From the NCBI GenBank assembly GCA_001642005.1, contig LWCA01000007.1, positions 41,675-105,674 on the forward strand: a DNA stretch of 64,000 bases. Reading direction: 5' to 3'. Below are positions 42,201 to 57,200 of this stretch, piece by piece (positions within the stretch are counted from its first letter, which is position 1; every line of letters begins with the position of its first letter). The translations under genes were made by a program, and so were the position numbers. Origin of the DNA: Intoshia linei (lineage: Eukaryota; Animalia; Orthonectida). A model generated the notes under the pieces. The model made no database searches, was not told the DNA's origin, and saw only the letters and a list, made by a program, of their open reading frames with translations.

Positions 42201-45200
42201 TGTAATGACTGGTGATCCGCCAGCATTGTTACAAAAATAACCAGATTTGCATTGCTTACAGGAAGACTGGTGTGTGTTGAAATTATATTGTCTGAAATAA
42301 AAAAGTAATAATGTATAATACTATCAATAATGTTTAGTACATTGATTTAAATCGTATTTACTAAACAGTAAAGACGTTAAAACTTACCCGGAAGGACACT
42401 CAGATTTGTCTGTAGCAGCTGATTTGCAAAAGTAACCTTTTGGGCAAAATGCGGTCTTTGGTTTTGGACTAACAGTACCACTTTTGCAAAAATATCCTAT
42501 ACACATTCGATATGATGAATATTACGTTAGTCTTATTAATTACCTGATTTGCATGTTCCACTAACTTCGATAAGACCTGAACCAATACAGTAACTTCCTA
42601 AATATAAATATAGTATTCAATATAGTAATATATGTATTCTTAATAATATAGTAATATTGATCAACTGAAACATTCTTAAATTTGTAAGTTTGCAAATTTA
42701 CCTGCTGTGCAAGGTAAACAATCCGATAAAGCTTTAGCATTGGTATTTGGTTGATATGTTCCTATATATTACATTGCATTTTAAAATTATTATTATTTTA
42801 CCCGGTGGACAGGCGACTGGAATATAACTTCCAGCTAAGCAGTAAAATCCTTTATCACAAATATTTCCTAGAAAATAATACTATTACCCATACATTTCAA
42901 TTTAAAATAATATAATAAAACTTATTTCCTTTAACTTGTATTTTAATATTTTTTATTGTATCATGTTTACCGTTCGTTCCGGTTGGTGTTTTGGAAGAAG
43001 ATCCAGATGTGCAATAATAACCAGCATCACATAAACCAGTAACGACGCTTAATGATTTGATTTCACAGTACATACCAGGTGAACAAGCTAAATGGAAATT
43101 ACCAAATTGTAGATACATTTTTGGGACTTTAATCAACATTTTTATTTATTATTATTATTATTTAAATCGTTATTAATAAACATTACTAATCGGTTCTGCG
43201 GTGCCAATTGGACAAAAGAAGCCTATTAATAAAAAATATTAAAATATTAAAATAAAACCTATCGGACAGTCTATTTCAACAGTAGTCCCTTGAGGGCAAT
43301 AAAATTTAGCTGAACATTTAGTTTCACTTGGAGATGATGCTTTTATTTTGCAATAATATCCTTTTTCACATGACCCCGTGGGGACCAACAATCCTTTAGT
43401 TTCACAATATTTTCCTAATTAACAAGTAAAATTGAAGTAATCAAAAGTTTGTATTTGTTTTAATAATCTTAACCTGCTGTACAATCTGTACATTCCGTTG
43501 CAGTTTTTAATCCAAACGAAGAAGAAAATGATCCAATTGGACATGGAATAGGATTTACGGAGCCTACAACACAATAGTGTCCTGGTTTGCATATATTTGC
43601 CAATAAACTTTGTGTTGGCGTAGCTGTTTTCGCGCCAAGTATGCAATAATATCTAAAAATAATTATTGCTGTGCTAAAAAAATATAAATGTAAATGTATG
43701 TGTAATAATAAGCTATATGCTATAAAAAAGATCTAAAAAGTAAGATACAAAACGATTTTCTTTGGAAATGTAAATTTATATTGTACTTTGTACAATGCAA
43801 TCTTTACAAAGAACAAAAAATTGTTTCATCATTTTTCAACATTCAGCCATCTAACGCGGGTCGCTAAAGTTTTTTTGTGGTAGATCCCAAAATCGTTGAA
43901 TTTTTTATATAAAAATGTAATTAACCTTAAATAAATAAATTTTTTAAATTCAACATTAAATATACTACATGATATGGAATGAAAATGAAATTTTTTCATG
44001 GAGCCATGGGCCATATCGACCTTTTTCGGTCCATTATCGAACAATACAAATGAAAATTTGGTGAACCCACACCACAATTTAAATTTTCTACTTGAAAACC
44101 TTCATGCACATTTCATCATTTAATTTAAGTAATATCTGTATCGAACTCATCCAAATAATGGGCCAACACAATTAAACATTTTATGTATCATAATTATACC
44201 CTGCACTACACTTTTTGGTTGGAGTCACAATACCAGTAGTGTCACAATAGAATCCACCGGGACACGGTTCACACTGTGATATATCCAATGAACCAACTGC
44301 AGATTTATATGTGCCGATTTGACAAGGGTATTGTGTCGAACTTGACGTACCTTCTCGACAAATGTGACCTAAATTAGAAAATATAATTTTAATGGTTCAT
44401 GTTGTAATTCATGATGTAAAATGTACATTTAACTAAAAAAGTTTTAATTTAAAGTTAATTTTAAAATAATTTTATTACATTAATATATAAAAATGACATG
44501 ATGAATAATACCTTTAGGACATAATGTAGCATCAGATAATGTGATTGCTCCTCCACTATTGTCACAGAAATTGCCTATATTTTTAATTTAAATAGATTTA
44601 TGTATAATTTAATAAATTTTCTGTAGATATCTCTATGATTGCATAAATAATATAATATACAATGTATATTATACATATATATATACTAGATGCCGGGATG
44701 GTTATTTATCTTTGTATGATTGCACAGGGTTTAAGGAATTTTTATGCCCGCACACATTCAATATACTACTCTATTACTGCGTGTTTACTTTTTTGTTTAG
44801 CTGAAAAACCTCAGAAAGACTACTAAAAAACTACTGTAGTCCTTTTCACTTTTCCAATTCTTTCTATTGTAATATCTAACTCATAACGGAAAATTTCCAT
44901 ATACAGTGATTAAAAAAATTAATTTATCTTAATTATGATAAAATTGCACTACATGTATATGCGGTGTTCCTATTAAACTTTAACTAGGTATGAATAGTTT
45001 ATTAATGTATTACTTGTAGGACATGGAATGCAAGAAGATTGTCCAACTTGAGGTTGATAAGTACCACTAGCGCATATAATTTGAACTGAGGATCCCTCAG
45101 GGCAATAATATCCTAGTTTTATGTTAAATATTATTGTTTTGTTTAATATTTTAAAAAAATAAATAAATTTACCAATTGGACAAACATTTCCTACAAGTGA

Positions 45201-48200
45201 TGCCATTATTGAATTTTCTGGACAAAAATACCCAGCTTTGCATATTTTAACACTTTGACTATTAGCAATACCATCACAATACTTTCCAGTAGGACACTTG
45301 GCACAGTCACCCACAAGTTTAGCTCCAGTGGTACTTCTAAAGGTTCCACTTGGACACGGTTCCGGTAAAACTGTGCCACTGGTACAAAAGTGACCAATTG
45401 GGCAAATGTTTCCTATAATAAATTTTAATTTTAAATTAATTTTTATACATGGATGAGGCACCCTAATATATACTGTATATCCAATATATTACCTTTAGTA
45501 CCATCCGTTGGATTTTTAACTTTTGATAAACCGTTACAAATATAACCAGCATCACAAGACCCATTTGGCGTTGCCAAACCAAGACCAGAGCAATATTTAC
45601 CGGCTGAGCATTCTTTCATATATTTGGAACCGATAGGGCAATAATATGTATCTTTACACTTTCCGTTCAATGCAGTTTCGGGTGGTGTTTTACTTGTAGC
45701 CTTTGCAACACAATAATATCCTTACATAAATTTAACAAAACACTATGGTTAAAAAATACCTGCATCGCATTTAGTTGTTATCGTAATTTTGGCCATTGTA
45801 TCACAATAATATCTAAAAAATATTTTTGAAAAAATTAATTCAAATAAAACCCAGATGTACAATCCAGACATGAATTTATGCTTTTTTGTTGTTCCAGTGG
45901 CTAAATTATGTTTAGTTTCAAATTCATCAATATTTTTACATTGTAAGTTCCAATCGGACATTTATACGCAGTATATGTGGAAATACCTAATGTATATTTT
46001 ATTTATTGTTATTTACTATTATTTTTAAATTTATATTGAAATTTATTAATTATTTCATTATTACCATTGGGGCAGTAATAACCTAAAATAAAAATTAATT
46101 TAATTTTTATTCTTCTTATATGCGAGGTATACCTTTGGGACATTTGATTGGATTTGTAGATGCAGCTGGACAATAAAAACCACTTTTACAAACTTTACAT
46201 TCACTTTTTCCTATTTCATCTTGATATGTTCCTGCTTTGCAGCTTATTTCAGCTGTTGTTGCCTGGGTGCACATTTTACCTAATCCGCATAAATTTCCGC
46301 TCATGCCGTCAACAGGAGTCGTTGTAATTGACCCAGCTTTACAAAAAAAATTTGCTAAACAAGGTAATGCGTTATTTGTTGAAGTTGTTGCTTTAAAAGG
46401 ACAGGCGTATCCTGCTGAACATTTTACACAGCTCGCTATACTTGTTTGACTCCAATCTTTTCTAAAATAACGTAAATATTTTTTTAGCTTCATTACAGTC
46501 CAAATCTCATTTAACGAAAATGGCAAAACGTTAAAATTGCATATTCGTTAAATGAATTTAACGAAAATATTAGAAATGTAACTGTATTAGAAATGTTCTG
46601 CTGCACACCTGTCTTAAATTTATCAAAAGTATATTTAATATAAACAAATAATTAAACTTTTTATTATAATAATATCTTACATTGATACTTTATTATAATT
46701 TTATATATATAAAAAGATTCAATGACTTTTTAAAAGAGACAATCTAATATTTAAAGCCAGATCACAAGGACAGATTTTAATATTTATAGTGAATAAAAAG
46801 ATTTTAAATGTATATTTTAGACATACCCATAATATCCTGATTTACATTGTATTGGCTTTCCACTACCCAAAGGACAATAATGCCCCCTTGGGCACCTTCC
46901 AAAATAACCATCCGCACTGTCTGTCGGCGTGGAAGATGATGCAAGTGTATATGCCCAATAACCAGCAGCGATATCACCAGTCACTGCGGATAAACCTATT
47001 TAAAATATTTATTAAGTTTTCATATTAGAATCATTCAGTGATAATTAAATGTTACCAGTTGCATCACAATATTTTCCTGACTTACAAGGTATACAGTCAT
47101 CAACGGTACTACGTCCGGTTAAACCGTTGTAGTATCCGATTCCACATTTTATTGATACCTTTAATTTATAATCAACTGTACTTTTGGGACAATAACCACC
47201 TATATTGCAATGTTTACTCAAAATATTCTCAATTTGAGATACCTGATGGACATATTGCTAGTTTCACTCCAGCCAAACAAATATACCCTAGATTTAAGTT
47301 TTCATTTCATAATAATTATAATTTAGCATACACTCTAAAATTTTAAAAGGGACCCGTAGGGTCCACATCAACCACATTTAAAATACCTCAAATAGATGAT
47401 CCAGTATTATTACTTAACATGTTAAAACTGAATTCCTTCAATAAACAATATATAAAGATTTCCCGTGTTCGATCGAATAGTTTCAATACAACAAAATCAA
47501 TATTAAATCTTTCAATTATTTTTATGAGCTCATTTTTTAAATTTTTAACCTAATTTCATGTTAAAGGGACAGTGTCCTACAAATTTTTAAGAAATTCAAT
47601 TAAAAAAATTATTTTTTTTATTATCATTTATCATCTCGTAGTTTGTTAGTTTACCTGTTCAAGTTTACTATATAATAATATTATTAGTATATATTAAATA
47701 ATATTATAAAAACAATACATTCTACTTTTTAACAATTAAAATTATATTTCTAACCATTCTTGCAAAGAATACAAGCAGATGAACCCTTATTATTGTTGTA
47801 ATATCCGTCTTCACAGGGTGTAGCAGAAGATGAACCTGAGACGCAATAGTTGTATACTGGACAAATATTTCCAGTGGTTCCGTCCAAAGGTGTCAATGTA
47901 AAACTTTTTAATGTACAATAAAATCCATCACTACATTTATCTAAAGATACATTTGTATATACATTTGTAGCATTTGAAATTTTAAATTCTAAACATGCTA
48001 ATAGACATGACATAAAAAATTACTGGCCGGACTAGTCATTCCAGAATTTGGACAATACATGCCTTTTTCACACGACAAACAATTTGTAAGACTCGTTCCA
48101 CCAAAGTTAGGATTATATGTTCCAATCGGGCAAGCTATTTTACAGTATGAATAAATATGCCATACGCGAATTTAAATTGTTAAAAAAATTTACGTATATA

Positions 48201-51200
48201 ACTGGATGATCCTGCCAAACAGTAATGCCCTTGTTTACAAATGTCTCCATATGTAATAACGGCCTTACCTCCTGAAACATCGATATTATAAACGGGATCT
48301 TCTATAAGTGCGTAACCAAAACAGACATGTCCTAAAATAAATGATGTACTATAATGGCCTAAATACTAAAAAATAAAGTATACCTGCTTTACAAAGTCCA
48401 TAGGATTGACTTGCGCCTTTATTAGAACAGTACTGCCCCGGTGGACATGATATACAATCAGCAAACGATATTTGTCCATCAAATTTGGAATAAGTTCCAG
48501 GTGGGCATTCTTTCGGTACCTGTGAATTTAATAATGATTATATACATTATTAAAATTAAAATATTCATATATTAAAAACGGTAGATAAATTATGAAAGGA
48601 ACATTTGTAAATTACTATTGTTTTTGTTGGACAATAAAAACCAATTGGACAAATAACTGGTACAGACATCTTTAAATTTTCACAATAATATCCTTTATCA
48701 AATATCAATTAAAAAATCAATATAAAATACCCGCTAGACAGTCTACGCAAGCAGCCATACTCGGTTCCGGTGTAAATGTTCCAATGGGACATTCAGTTTG
48801 TACCGCAGAACCCTGTGGAGCATAGTACCCTATACAACGTTAGTTAATGATGCTAATAATCGTAATACCCGGATCAGTTGCTAATTGTTTACTATATTGC
48901 GCAGCGTCAGGGCAATAATAACCGGCATCACAAGGATTTGTAACAGCTACTGCTCCAAGAGAGGAGCAATAGTAACCAGCATCGCATTTTTTACATTCTG
49001 TAATGCCGTTCAATCCTTCTACGTTACTATAAGTCCCTACGGGACACGGCAAAGCAATTTCAATTCCTGCAAATGCATTAATTAACATTATAAACCAGTG
49101 GTTTTCAACCGGGGGTCGCGAAATTTATCAGGGGGTCGTGAGAATTTGAACACAGTAAAAAATATAAATTAAACTAAATATGCTTCTTTAATATTTTCAT
49201 TTATGTGAATTAATAAGATGTTTGGAGTACATGTTTGGTGTATGTAGAAAATTTTTTATGTTTATCAGGGGGTCGCGCACACAAAAAGGTTAAAAAACCA
49301 CTGTTATAAACTTTAAAAATATTAGTTTATATACCTTTAGGGCAATAAAATCCTTTCGGACAAATTTTTCCTGTAGTTCCGTCAATAGGTTTCTGTATTT
49401 TTGAACCAGAAATACACAAATACCCAGAATCGCATTTTCCAGTGGGATTTGTTACACCAGGCTGAGAACAAAAGTAACCAGGGTCGCACTTTTTACAGTC
49501 TGCAGAACTACCCTTACCTAAAATAAATATGTATATCAAATCAAAAGATTAATATGCCTTCAAATTCATTATAACTTCCAACAGGACAAGCGATAGGCGA
49601 AAATGTGGAAATTGGACAATAATGCCCCGCAGGACATATTAGTGGATTAACAGTTGCAACACCACAATAAAAACCAGATGTACAAGCTATACAGTCTTCT
49701 AGTTTTGATTTTTTATAATAAATATTGTATGTTGCTTGTGGACATTTTATTTGTTTTGGTCCGTAAGAACCAATATTTCCGTATGAATTTGAAAATGGAT
49801 TTGCAATGTTTGATGGGCAATAGTATCCTTTATCGCTATAAAAATATATATAAACCGTTGATTTATGGTTTTTTGAATTACCATTGACCATCTGGGAATT
49901 GTTTTCCACCGGTACAATATTCACCACTTCTAAGATTCATAATATTAATATTGTAAGTGCAATGTACTTAGTATATATTATTAATAAAAAATTAAGATCT
50001 CACGTCGTTTCAAGGTGAACGATAGTGATATGCATTTATAACATGTTAAAAACATTTTACCTACACATTGTACATTCACTAATAGATTTTAAACCTTCGG
50101 TGGCCCCAAAAGTTCCAGCTGGACATGATATTGCCACGTTTGTACCTATAAATTCATATCGTATAATATACATATTTGTGAATTATTGCATTAATTATAT
50201 CAGTTATTATTATAGCATTTTAAAATTAAATAATATATTTTAAAATTTAAGTAATGTTATTAATCAATATATAATCATACCCTCTAATGAATATTTTCCA
50301 GGTTTAACAATTTCTGCAGTGGATATGTCTATTGTTCCAGCTTTACACAAATAACCTATTGAGAATATTACAGTATTACTTTAAAAAATGATCAGAAAAA
50401 TAAAGTTAATAATATGATAATAATAATAATATACAAGCGTATTTCTATATTAAATATCTCTAATATAGAATCTACATTATACTACATTGTATACATTGTA
50501 CTACTTTATCTTATATTAAATATGTATATACCTGCTGTGCATTTCGCTGTAAGCATTGTTGTTTTAGATGTAGTAGTTGATGAGCACATGTACCTAAATA
50601 CATAATAAACGTAAATACGTATAACAAAAATTTAAAGAAAATACCCTTCCAAGCACGTTTCACATATTGTACTTTTGGCCAAACTATACATTCCTTTACC
50701 ACACTATTTATTATATATAAATTGAGTTATAATAAAATCAAATTAAAAAATTACTGATGTTGTTTATTAATAATAAAATTTGACAAAATAAATAATAATA
50801 TTACTGCTATTGCAACATTAGCTCCCTTTTTGCATATACTACCTATTTGTATACATAATAAAAATTCATAAAGTTAATAAAAATAATATTATCAATAAAG
50901 CTGTAATTATAACCTGCCGGACAATCTTGACAATCTTGTATTTTTGAAGCTCCAGTATTACCTTATTATTATTATATAATCATATATTATATTGTATAGT
51001 ACCTGTTATAGTTAACGGAACATAAGGATTTGTTTTAGATGACTCGACAGTTACTCCATCGGTCATAAACGTTCCTTCCGGACACATTATTGGTTCAATC
51101 TGTAGATTTTTAGAGTTTATTTATATAAAAATATTACAGTAGACACTCGAAAAGTGACAACTTCGTATAGGTGACCACTTCCCAAAAGTGACCACTTTTT

Positions 51201-54200
51201 AAAAATATATATAAAAAATCCATACTAATATAAATAAATTTCTCTTCGAAAAAGTGACCAAAAATATAAATTAAAACATGTCAATTTTATTGAAGACCAA
51301 ATTAATGACGTTACTGACAATAGCAATATAGGAGAAAATGAAGAATAGAAAGATTTTGAAGAATTAAGAAAGGATGTCAATTATTAGCATGCAATATTTA
51401 ATAATCTTAGAAATTATGCAAAACAACATTGTCCAAAGAATCTAGAACAGTGGTTTTGAAATGAGGGGTCGCGAAATTTATTATGGGGGTCGTGAGAATT
51501 TGAACACAGTATAAAATATAAATAAAACTGAATACGCTTTTTTAATGTTTTCATTTATGTGAATTGATAATATGTTTGGAGTATATATAAAATTTTTTAT
51601 GCTTATAAGGGGATCGCGAACACAAAAAAGTTGAAAACCACTGATCTAGAAGATATATTTATTGGAAAGCAAAATGATACAATCCTCAGGTGTTTCAAAT
51701 GAAACCACTCTGAAATATTTTTGTATAATAAACAAAGAATATATAAGCTTAGAAATTTCTCGTTTGATTTTTAATATATTTTCAAGGTCATAGTCAACGT
51801 AATTAATAATTTTAGTCGATTAATCAATCAGCTTTTGTTTCAGTTATTGTTAAAATGATAAATATTATGGTATGTAAAATGAATGAAATAAAAGTGATGA
51901 AAAAAAATGAAAAATGAAAATGAGATAAAATGAATACTATATTTTAAATAACATGTAACTATAGTGATATTATCATTTCAACTTTAGTGGTTAAAGTGAC
52001 CAAGTTGCCCAAATAAGTAGTCACTTTTCGAGTGTTTACTGTAATAATATTGTACTTAATTTTATTAATTTATAATTGTAGAAAGCAGGGATATAACATA
52101 ATTATAGTAAAACACATATATCAGTGTAAAGTACATACCGAACTTTCGGTGCAATAGTGACCCTGAAGACACTTTCTGCATTCTGCTGCTGATTTACCAC
52201 CGTAATCTGAATTGTATGTTCCTGCCAAACATTTTGCATTGTTTGGATTTTTTGAGCCCGCCACACAATAATGCCCAGGATCACATCTTCCTGAGGTCGT
52301 AGTTTCCCCTTTTCCTATAAATTACAATTTTAAGCTATACATGGTGATATTTAGCTTACCTAAGCAAAACTCACCAGCTGGACAAGTCACACAATCGGAT
52401 GATTGTGAATAACCTGCCGCGAGGCCATATGTTCCAGGTGGACATGGATATGATTTAGCATATCCTGTTGAAGTTGGACTATACATCGTTTTAATTTAAA
52501 AAAAATTGCATAATACCAGTAGTAACCCTTTGGACACTCTAAAAAATGAATCAAATAAAATAACTAATTAATAAAAAAAAAATTTTATAAAAGTTACCTA
52601 TAGGAACGTTTTTACATCCACTCAGTGTTGATTTACCTAAATTATAGATATGCATTTTTATGATAATTATGATATCATTAATATTCCACCAAATTGACTT
52701 TTTAATTATTTTTAAATTTTTACTTAAACTTTTTGACAATCTATTTGACAAATGTCTTCTGATGACAATTTTTAAAAACGTTATTAAATCAAATAAAATT
52801 TACTCTAATAAAATGTAAAATATTAATTAGTATTATGAATTATATCGAAAAAATTACAAGTTGAATCTAAGCAATAAAATCCTACTGGACAAGAAGAACA
52901 TTCTGTTGATAGTTTTAGACCCATAGTATTGTCGACAGTGCCACTTGGACAAGAAATTGCTCTTGATTTTTTTGAACCAGTCGGACAGTAATAGCCTAAA
53001 ATTTCAATATTTCATCAAAGGAAATTAAAATATAATTACCAGCTTCACATGTAATTGATAACGAATTTAGACCAATCGAAGGACAAGAAAATCCAGACGT
53101 ACAAGGCAAACAATCTGACAACAATTTTGATCCAATATTAGAATTATAGGTCCCGGTGGGACACGGACTAAATGTTGGTTAATAATTCAAAATTGAAAAC
53201 TATAATATACGCAACAAATTAAAATGTTACATAGCATCCACTATTGGCTTGGTTCGACTTCCTTTAGGGCAATAATGTCCAGCTATGCAATTTAAACATT
53301 TTGAAACCGCTAATAATGAAAATAAAAATTATTTAATTTATTTGCAAATAATAATATAATTAACAGTCGTAATCATATGCTATATAAAATATATCACGTC
53401 TTAATGCATTGGCCGTCACACTCGTTTTTTTATCACCACCCTGCAGAATTAATAAACATTTTTCCACGTTTTGAATTAGTTATACGACAGTTATTATTAG
53501 TGGTTTAAAGATGTAGAAAACTATATAATTATAATATTCGAAAAAATATCTTTCATTTAATTTGGTCAACACTGTCTTACTGCATGATAATTATGATAAA
53601 ACGGATATTTTTTATTTATTATTTATGTTAATTAGGTAAATTAATTATTTATTAAAGAATAAATATCACCGTCTGCCTGGATGCTATTTCCATAAGTTCC
53701 TTCAGGGCACAATTTGCCTTGCGATGAACCTAAAATTTTAAATAAAACTTTCATTATAACATTATGTAGGAAAATAAAATAATTATATAATGTGACGTAC
53801 CTAGAACACAGTAAAATCCTTTTGCGCAATTTCTCGGAAGATAACTGCCTAAAAATTAAAATAATTGTATTATTGTTAAATTGCATATTATTAATTTGAA
53901 ATAGATGAAAAATTTACCTTCTAGACAATACGACCCGGCAGGGCATATTGTACATTCATTAGCTAAACACATGTATAAATGTTATCGTATAAATAATTAA
54001 TATTTTATATTACCGGCTGTAAGAGAAGTTGATGCACTATACGTTCCCTCTAAATTAAATTCAAATAAATAATGAATCAAAAACAATTAAATAAAAAAGC
54101 TAAATTTAATTAAAAGAAATAAACCTTTACAAGGAAAATCCATACAATTTGTTGTTCTTTCAGGACAATAGTAGCCTTTCACACATGGAGAGGATGCTGA

Positions 54201-57200
54201 TGTTGATAAAGCTGAGGTAGAACAACATGTTCCCGCTGGACATGCTTGGCAAGCGTCTATTGACGAGGAACCAGTATTACCATTATATGTTCCTAAAATT
54301 ATTAATTTGTAACCATTAACAAAGTTTTTATACTCAATTTATATCAATTTTATGTGAATCATTTTCACAAATTGAAAAACGAAAATCTATCATATGAGTA
54401 AAATGTTACCAATAGGACATTTGAAAGAATCTTTTCCATCACAATAATGTCCAATTTTACATAATCCAGCAGTTGGGTTAGGAACAATAGATCCAGATTC
54501 ACAAACATAGCCAACGGTACAAATCGTACAATATAGTGACCCAATAGATGAATATGTTCCTTTATCGCATTGCTTTTTTTTATAATCTAATTCAAATATA
54601 TATTATTTTAGTGATTATTGGAAATAACCTTCAGTATACAAACAAGCATAGCCTAAATTATTTTATTAATTGAATATTTTTTGAGAAGACAATGTCTGTT
54701 AGGCATTGATTAATTAAGAATTAATTATATTACCAGCTTCACATTGTATACATATTGTTTGTTTTTTGGCAGAATAATAACCAGAACTGCATTTAACAGG
54801 TCTTAGTGTTTTAGTTGCACATTTATAACCGGATGGACAATCAATACAATAATATGAACTTCCCAGAGAATACTGTCCAGCATCACAAGCAGTTCTAAAC
54901 TCGTACTACAAATGATGAATTGAATTCGAATGCAGATGGCGGAATCATTTATTCGTTAATTTATTCGAATTATTCTTATCATCCTTTTCATAATTATAAT
55001 CGTTTACTTATATAAAATTGAATATACGTGTGGGTTACCGTTTATTTAAAAAATTATCAATCCAAGAAAAATAACCCAAATTTTCATTCAGGTTTTTGAA
55101 TGTCATGTTTTAATCCAAGATTCATTTTCAGAAATTGATTCTTTCAAGGCGAAAAACCCAATTTCCACTTTTTTTAAAAAAATAAAATCAGCCCTAGAAT
55201 TTTCAAAAACATAAATTGCAGGACGCGTTTTAAAATCATTAACGTTATTGTAGAATTTTTTTGAAAGAATTTTCCAGAAACGTACATTTTAACGTTAAAA
55301 CCACAAATTACCCTTTTATTGAAAAATTTAATAGCCCTAAAATTTTAAAAAAAATTACATTTCATTTAGTTGTCTCCAGTTAATACGCATTAAAAATTTT
55401 AATTTCACAAAGTAATGCTTTCACGGCCAAAAAATCACTATTATTTTGTAACTATTTTATTAACAAACATGTAAAACAAAAATTTTTAAATAATTAATGA
55501 TTCTATAATTTAAAAAAAACTATTCTAATACAGCTTATTCCAGGTAATATAGACATAAAATTTTAACCTCAGAAATCTACGTATTCCCGGTGAAAAATAA
55601 TCTTGAATATATTATGAACCAATATTTTTCAAATTTTTGAATTAAAATTTAAATATTGATCCTACAATTTCGAAAAAAGTGGGAATTGACGGTATGGATA
55701 TTTAAAATACAGTAAATATGAATTTCAATCTCATGAATTGATGAATTATGTTTTTTTATCATTTCTACGCAATTTCTAATTTTCAATAACTTTCAAAGTT
55801 TAAAATCAACTTTAATTACAAATATAACTTTGATAATATAATTTTTAGTTTTATTTCAATGTTGGTAGCATTACTTTATCCTAAATGTTTGATTGAAGAA
55901 AAAGTATGTAAATTAAATTTTAAATTTTATTGGTATTTAAAATTTTATTTTTTCTGGAATTCATGTTATTTATGACGATTTTTATGGTTGTTTTTAAAAT
56001 AATACAATCACTTTCTATAAATAATCGAAAATTCAGCCCGGTAGAACTAGCTGTTATTTGTACGAAGTACATGACAGTCAAGCTAGTTTATTATTATTAT
56101 TATGGTGAATAATATAATTAATTTGGCTTACACTATCGCTGTAGTCGTAGATGGACAGTAAGACCCAGCTGGACAAAGTGTACAGGAAGTACTACTTGCA
56201 AGTGCGTATGATCCGAGAGTACACTTTGTTATTGTGGCTAAATATTTTTTTAATAAATAAAATATGTAAAAAGTGTGTGCAAAACTAAACCTATACTCTT
56301 AGATGGACATATACTTCCGGCTACACATACATGGCATTTATCGTCGCCAGCTACCGAATATTCGCCAGAATTACATTGAGTTTTCGCAATCGTTGTACAA
56401 CTATAACCGGCTGGACATATGATACACTCTTCTAATCCCACCGTTGAATATGTACCATATTTACAATTGACTGGCAAATAGGCTCGATTTAATATGAATT
56501 TTCCTAAATTATAATTATTATAAAATGTATAATTACAAAATTTTAAAACAAAAAGATCAGTTATATATTTTCAAAATAACCTGCAGGAGATATAGTACAT
56601 GTTGTACTCAAGGGTAAAGCATAGTGTCCAAATGCGCATGAATACTCTTTAAATCTATTTCATAATTAGTAATTTACCATATAATGCATACCCGTCTGTA
56701 TAGTAGCCACCTCTACTAGGAATACAATACATATTTCCAGCTTCCGAATAGTAACCATCAGAACATTTCGTTTTAGTTACATGACATCTATAACCTTCTG
56801 GACAATAAATACAACTGGTTGATTTAACAGCACTGTAATATCCTATAAACATCATATACAATATGTTATGTTTCATGAGTCAGCAATAGGTAACATTTAT
56901 CAAAAGTACGTCAGGTACTACGATAAAGTGGGACAATTTTCACATAAATTATTAAATTATTACCTTTTTCACATAAAATAGGAATACTATAAGCGTTTTT
57001 ACAATAGCTACCGGCTAAAAATTACAAATAAATTTTTTAAATCAAATCTAGGAATTGATGAATATTACCGGGACAATCTGTACATGCAGTAGCTGTTGGA
57101 GTTTCAACGTTATACGTTCCTAATTTATTCAATTATTAAATTTAATACTGTTTAATACATTCCATGTATATTGAATTTTGATATAATATACACATTGTAC

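Noticed and set aside
53400-53445. Apparent acceptor CTGCAG and GC-richer patch as an extra exon
   Set aside because: It gives immediate stops in the required phase, and the flanking exons join correctly without it.
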